Positions 59,182-64,000 of a stretch of DNA of 64,000 nucleotides are shown one piece after another. Under the pieces are notes generated by a model that was not told the DNA's origin, made no database searches, and saw only the letters and a list, made by a program, of their open reading frames with translations. This DNA comes from Entomortierella parvispora E1425 (lineage: Eukaryota; Fungi; Mortierellomycota), in NCBI GenBank assembly GCA_020891255.1, contig BQFW01000013.1, forward strand, positions 620,001-684,000. The letters run 5' to 3'. Within the stretch, counting starts at the first letter, position 1. Each line of letters begins with the position of its first letter. The position numbers were made by a program, and so were the translations under genes.

Positions 59182-61449
59182 TCACCTTCGATCGTTTCCG
59201 ACCTGATTATGACGACCGCCACGGCGGTCTTGGTCCCTGTAGATATCACGACCTCCTCTTCTGTCTCGGCTATCTGAAGATCCCCGGTCGTATCCTGATC
59301 TTCTGTCATCACCCTGTCTGTACGAACCGGAAGACGCGCCTCTTGAAGATCTATCATAAGGTCGGTCGTCGCGCCTGGTAGAAGATGAAGGACCTGTTGA
59401 CCTACGATCTCTGTCTTTGCTATCAGCTTGCGAGAAACGGTTGTCCCTCTTGATTTTGTCCAGCTTCTTTTGTTGCTCCATAGCGAGAGCCGCTGTGGTT
59501 GAAGCAGCTTTGTTGAGAGGGTCGATTACAATATATTCATCAGCATCATCTCTCTTTGCTGCCAAAGACACCTCTTTTCCTTTGAGATCTTTTTCAAAGA
59601 CAAGTTTGTGCTGCATCCAACCTATATCATCATCCGACTCGTCCTCAGGTTCGCCCTCCTCAGCACTGCCATTCTCAACGTCCGATGATGCCTTGCGCTT
59701 TTTCTTAGATGATGTTGCGGTTGTGTCCACGCAAGATTCACAGGATGGAACGCCATGAATTCTGCATGGTGGCGCGTCATTCTTTTTCGGTGCAGGCTTG
59801 GGCTCTGGCTCCTTAGCAACCGAGAACAGCCTGGCCTCAAATGACGACATTTTGTCCAACAGTTCCCGATCCTTGCCCAAAGATGCTGACTTTGACGATT
59901 TTGATCGTTTGCTGCCCTTGCTCTCAGCTCGGGTCGTGTACTTCTCCCGCTCCAACTGCAAGAGTGAGATTTTTGAGGAACCACTCTTCTTCTTGGTTTC
60001 TGCCTCGCCCTCAGCGCCGCGATTGTGCATCTTTCGAATGTCGCCTTCCAATTTTTGAATTTCCTGCCGGACGCGTTCTCCTGCTGTTAGTGGCGCAGCA
60101 ACAGGTACTGATGCGGTTGGTGCTGGGGTGGTTTCGACTGCAGAATCATTTCCCTGGGAACTTTCACTTTCTCGTGCCATCCTAGCCTTCTTCATCTTTT
60201 CGCGTACTTGATCCCTCATCCTTTGATCAAAAGCGTTTACACTTTCATTGTCCTCTGGTGGTCCTGAAGTAGGGGCTGCGGATCTCTCTTTTTCTTTTCC
60301 AGAGTCCAACGGGGTGTTGTCTCCTGCTTCGTCTTGGCGATCAGAGCCCGATTCGCTCTCATCGCGCCTCAGACTTGGATCCACCTCTCGACTCAATGTT
60401 GGATCATCCTCCAAGACGTCGTGGCTGCTAAGCATCTTTTTCTTGATTGGTTTAGAATCTGCAGAGCCTTCGCCGTCCTCCTCAGGTGCATCGTCCTCGA
60501 ATGAAAGCAATGCCACGTTCCTTTCACAATCATGAAGGAAGACAGGATAAAATAAGTACAAACGCAAAAAAAAAAAAGAAAGCGTGTCAAAAAAAAACAA
60601 ATAATAAAAAAAGATCACACACACTTACTTTTTCAACTTTTTCTGTCTTTCAGGCTTTTTTGCTGCCTCCAATTCCCTGAGTCTAGCGGCTTCCAGCTCA
60701 CGCCTTGATACTCTGGGCACGATATCATCGAACGGGTTCACGACAATTGTGCAATTAACGATTTTCGGTGGGTACAATGGTCTTTCGTCCGAGTCAACCT
60801 CCAAGCTTCCAATCTTTAACACGTTGAAAATCGTGTCTCCAGCGACCTAAAACCAATGACCAATTGATTAGTAGAGAGAAAGATGGAGCGACAATACTTT
60901 CTCTTTGAAGGATCGGCTTTTTCTTTCGCGTGAAAAAATTCAGACCCCCCATTCAGGACGGCAGCACTAACCTTGCCAAAGATGGTGTGCTTATTTTGTA
61001 GCTCCATTGTGGCGTCCAGGGTAATAAAGAACTGACTCTTATTATCATTGGGAACGCCAGAGTTGGCCATGGCTACTAATCCACGTCGGACGAATCGGAG
61101 ACGAGAGTGAAACTCATCCTGAAAGGGCTTCCCGCCATCCAGGCATGATTCGCCTCCAAGTCCAGTGCCCTCGGGATCGCCGCCCTGGATAATGAATCCT
61201 GCAACGATACGGTGGAAAATGGTGTCATTGTAATAGCCCTCCATGCATAGCTGAACAAAGTTGCGGCACGCTTTAGGCGCCTCCTTGGGCCACAGTTCTA
61301 TGGAGATGTCTCCATAGGTCGAATGAAGAATGACTTTGCCACTATATACACAAAAAAAAAGTCAGTCAGGCAGTTGGGAACGATAAAGACAGTCTGTAAA
61401 ACATGTACACGTACTTTGTGTGAGGCTCAAGAAGGTAGATATTACTCAT
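59182..61449 (-). CDS. CWC27: Spliceosome-associated cyclophilin-like protein CWC27; multi-exon
   Basis: MSNIYLLEP, ELWPKEAPKACRNFVQLCMEGYY, FHSRLRFVRRGLVAMAN, SQFFITLD..KHTIFGKV, NPFDDIVPR, NVALLSF and HKLVFEKD. Confidence 0.95.
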
Positions 61450-61613
61450 TCGCGGGAAATGTAACGAGAAGGGGCAATGGAGATGTCACCGAATGAACAG
61501 GACAAGATACATCGCTGATCACTCGATGCCGTACCCTTAAGTTCACAGTCTCAAATATGGCCGTTCCATTGGTGTGTAGAGCTCCCTCTTTCCCTCCTTG
61601 ATTTACTGACATC

Positions 61614-62930
61614 ATGGTAATTAAGGGGAACCACGACCGACAGGAGACTGGATGCCAAATGGCCATGGATGTGTATCAGGCCCCAAAGGAGAGCTCGCAT
61701 GCATCGATCAGCTCAGCACAATGCTACGGCCTCCGTTCACAGACATCATCGACCATCCACCATCTTGAACTACTGCAGGACCGAAAACCTCACTTACAGG
61801 AACAACATTGACTCTCATTTACCTCAAAATGGAATGCATGGAATGCACAAGGCAGAGATGCCACTGTGAACATTTACGATCGTCTGCAGGTCTACACAGG
61901 AATGCACGACATTCCATGTGGAAACTATGATTGCACTTGCCTCATCAAAACCGCCATCGAGATGTTCATCGGAAAAGAAGCGGAGGTCTTTTGAAGTAGA
62001 CAATTGCTGGAGGAACCTTTCATCTGAAGAACAGTCAGTCTGCTCCAGTGCAACCAACCCCTCCAGCAATGGTCGAACAGCAAACGGCAACCATGGTTGC
62101 TGCTCAGCTTACCGACAAATAAGGACGCTAGACAGGATGAAACTATGATGGAGCAATTTCCATCAAGATCTGGCGAGTCGATTTCAACAATAGAGGCGAT
62201 CACTGGAATACATCCAGGACAACCAACCTTTGTATATGAATCAAGCCCCACTCACAGGATATCACCCTTTGTGCTGTTCTCTCAATGTAGACTAAGGGTA
62301 CCTCCTCGTTTGGTAAACGCCACACCAAGTCGCACACTTTGTGCCGTCGGTATGTTTGAGTATATTTGCTGGAGCAGATCGCATGGGAGACATACACAGC
62401 GGAGGATGACACTAACCCTCCTGCCTCATTTCCCTGGGTTTATTCTTTTTTCGATCGTAGCTGTGGACGTCGCTCCTTCCACAACCAGAAGAAGACCTGC
62501 GCTCAGTGCGGCTACCCCGCTGCCAAGCTCCGCTCTTGTAAGCATTCTACGCTATATCTTGTTTTCATACCAGGATCAGAGGTCTTTAGGAATGGCTTTG
62601 GGTCAACGGTTTCAACAGCTTTTTGACTTGGACCCTATTTTGAACCGACTCTTGTACAATTTGAAACCTTTTGGAGGATCAGTGGCTTTTGAGATGAACA
62701 GGAGCTGACTACAAGACGATGGGACAAAAAGCACGAAAAGATCAAGACTACTCACATCTCGATATGTCATTTTTTTTATTGTAATAGACAACTGGAGCGA
62801 GAAGGGCATCCGCAGAAAGACCACCGGTACCGGTCGCATGCGCCACTTGTCCGATGTCAACCGTCGCTTCAAGAACGGTTTCCGTGAGGGCACCCAGGCC
62901 AAGAAGCAGGTCAAGGCCGTCGTTGCTTAA
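61614..62930 (+). CDS. RPL37: 60S ribosomal protein L37 (eL37); 4 exons, the first containing only the ATG
   Basis: ATG|gtaatt at 61614, then [71 protein letters not shown]-stop. Confidence 0.96.
61925..62031 (+). ncRNA. Candidate intronic box C/D snoRNA in RPL37 intron 1
   Basis: Degenerate C box ATGATTG at 61927 and D box CTGA at 62024. Just upstream, GGAACCTTTC is complementary to GAAAGGUUCC, recalled as a conserved fungal LSU rRNA segment. Confidence 0.45.
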
Positions 62931-63900
62931 ATGATGAACTTCATTTTCACACAACGGAAATTTGATCCAAACGATTGAAAAGAAATAAACATTTTAGCGC
63001 AATCGATCCCCTCCTTGTCCCCATGGTCCTTGTTAATGTGTTGTATTTCTAGTAGAACAAATTTTACTTTTACATGGAGCCTGTCCATGAACAATATTGC
63101 AATTGAAGAAGAAAAAATTGAAAGTATTTGAAGGCCAGAGTAGGTTCGATTCCCGAACGTGGCCCAACCGCCAAAGAGATGGAGGATCCTTCTTGTGCAA
63201 CAAGGCGGAGGATCTTGCTGCAATGAGCATAGCAATGCTGCTTGCCTGCCTACACATCAAAATGCCATCTTTGTTTTGTTTAATGACGATGGAGGACCCC
63301 CAGGCGCAGAACGTGCTTGCATCTGATCGACGTTGCCTTTTGATCTCCGTCCAACGATAGTGTATTAGTGGCTGTCTCCCACCCTCTCCTGTGTTGACAG
63401 TAGCAAGAGGCAGTCATCAGGCAAGGGTAAACATCAAAGATCAGGACCGAGAGGAAAAAGACAAAAGACAAAACGAGCGACAGAACAGACCGAGGACACC
63501 AAGGAAGGAAATGAAATGCATGCCCCTGCCCCCCTGGCTCTCTCCTCGCTGACCAGTTGCCCAACGGCCGTTTTTTTTTTGTCTCTTTTTGCCATCGAAG
63601 GGCAAAATAGAAGGCAGTCACGTTTATTTTTTTTCTTCCAAAGCAAAGAGGAACAAAGGTCTCTTCCTCCCTCTCTTCTTCTTCTCTTCTTGCATCTCTA
63701 TCCTCATCACACTCGACTTTGCCCCACCTCTTTGTCTTTGTGCCTTCTCGGTCTCCAGTTGCCATCTGTATGTTAGCCTTTGCTGAGTTGAATCTCATGG
63801 TCACTCATCGCTGACATCGAATCACTAGCTAACAGCCTCCGCTCATTTCAGATTCAGTCGCCGTCCTTTTAGACCTCATCGAGACGGACCGTTGTTGGAC

Positions 63901-64000
63901 ATGAACAACTCTTCGCAACAGCAGCCTCAGCTGCAGCAACAGCAACAGCAGCAGGACCAGCACTCGTCTCCTACTGCCGCCAAGCAGGAGCCAGTCATCA
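63901..64000 (+). CDS. Probable 5' end of a Q-rich protein truncated by the window edge
   Basis: ATG AAC AAC TCT TCG CAA CAG.. is open to the end of the window (MNNSSQQQPQLQQQQQQQDQH..), after a CT-rich leader. Confidence 0.45.
   Translation, partial: MNNSSQQQPQLQQQQQQQDQHSSPTAAKQEPVI

Noticed and set aside
63125-63170. GGTTCGATTCCC B-box-like sequence
   Set aside because: Flanks do not form a T stem, anticodon arm or acceptor stem, so it is not a tRNA.

Overview
Intron-rich fungal genomic DNA, about 50% GC. A Mortierellaceae-like early-diverging fungus is inferred from gene families and style, not verified. The left two thirds hold mostly housekeeping genes (Rab11, PNO1, eRF1, CDC25-like RasGEF, FAU1/MTHFS, hexokinase, two tRNAs) plus several atypical ones: an LRR-like orphan, a PZP chromatin reader, a His-rich membrane protein, a NagA/DAC1 homolog missing its catalytic Asp and carrying a large insert, and an anoctamin with a charge-reversed Ca2+ site. 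The standout is a 13.4 kb co-oriented, almost intronless array at 45509-58869 (minus strand) of 10 genes encoding 12 small P-loop GTPase domains of AIG1/GIMAP/Toc34 (paraseptin)-like type. These fall into three sequence subtypes ordered A-B-C, A-B-C, A-B-C, plus a final two-domain fusion. They differ by subtype in switch I, arginine finger and C-terminal membrane helix, which suggests an undescribed heteromeric, possibly immunity-related GTPase system. The window ends with CWC27 and RPL37 head to head, with candidate snoRNAs in the RPL37 intron. All motif comparisons are by eye from recalled family consensus; no searches were run.
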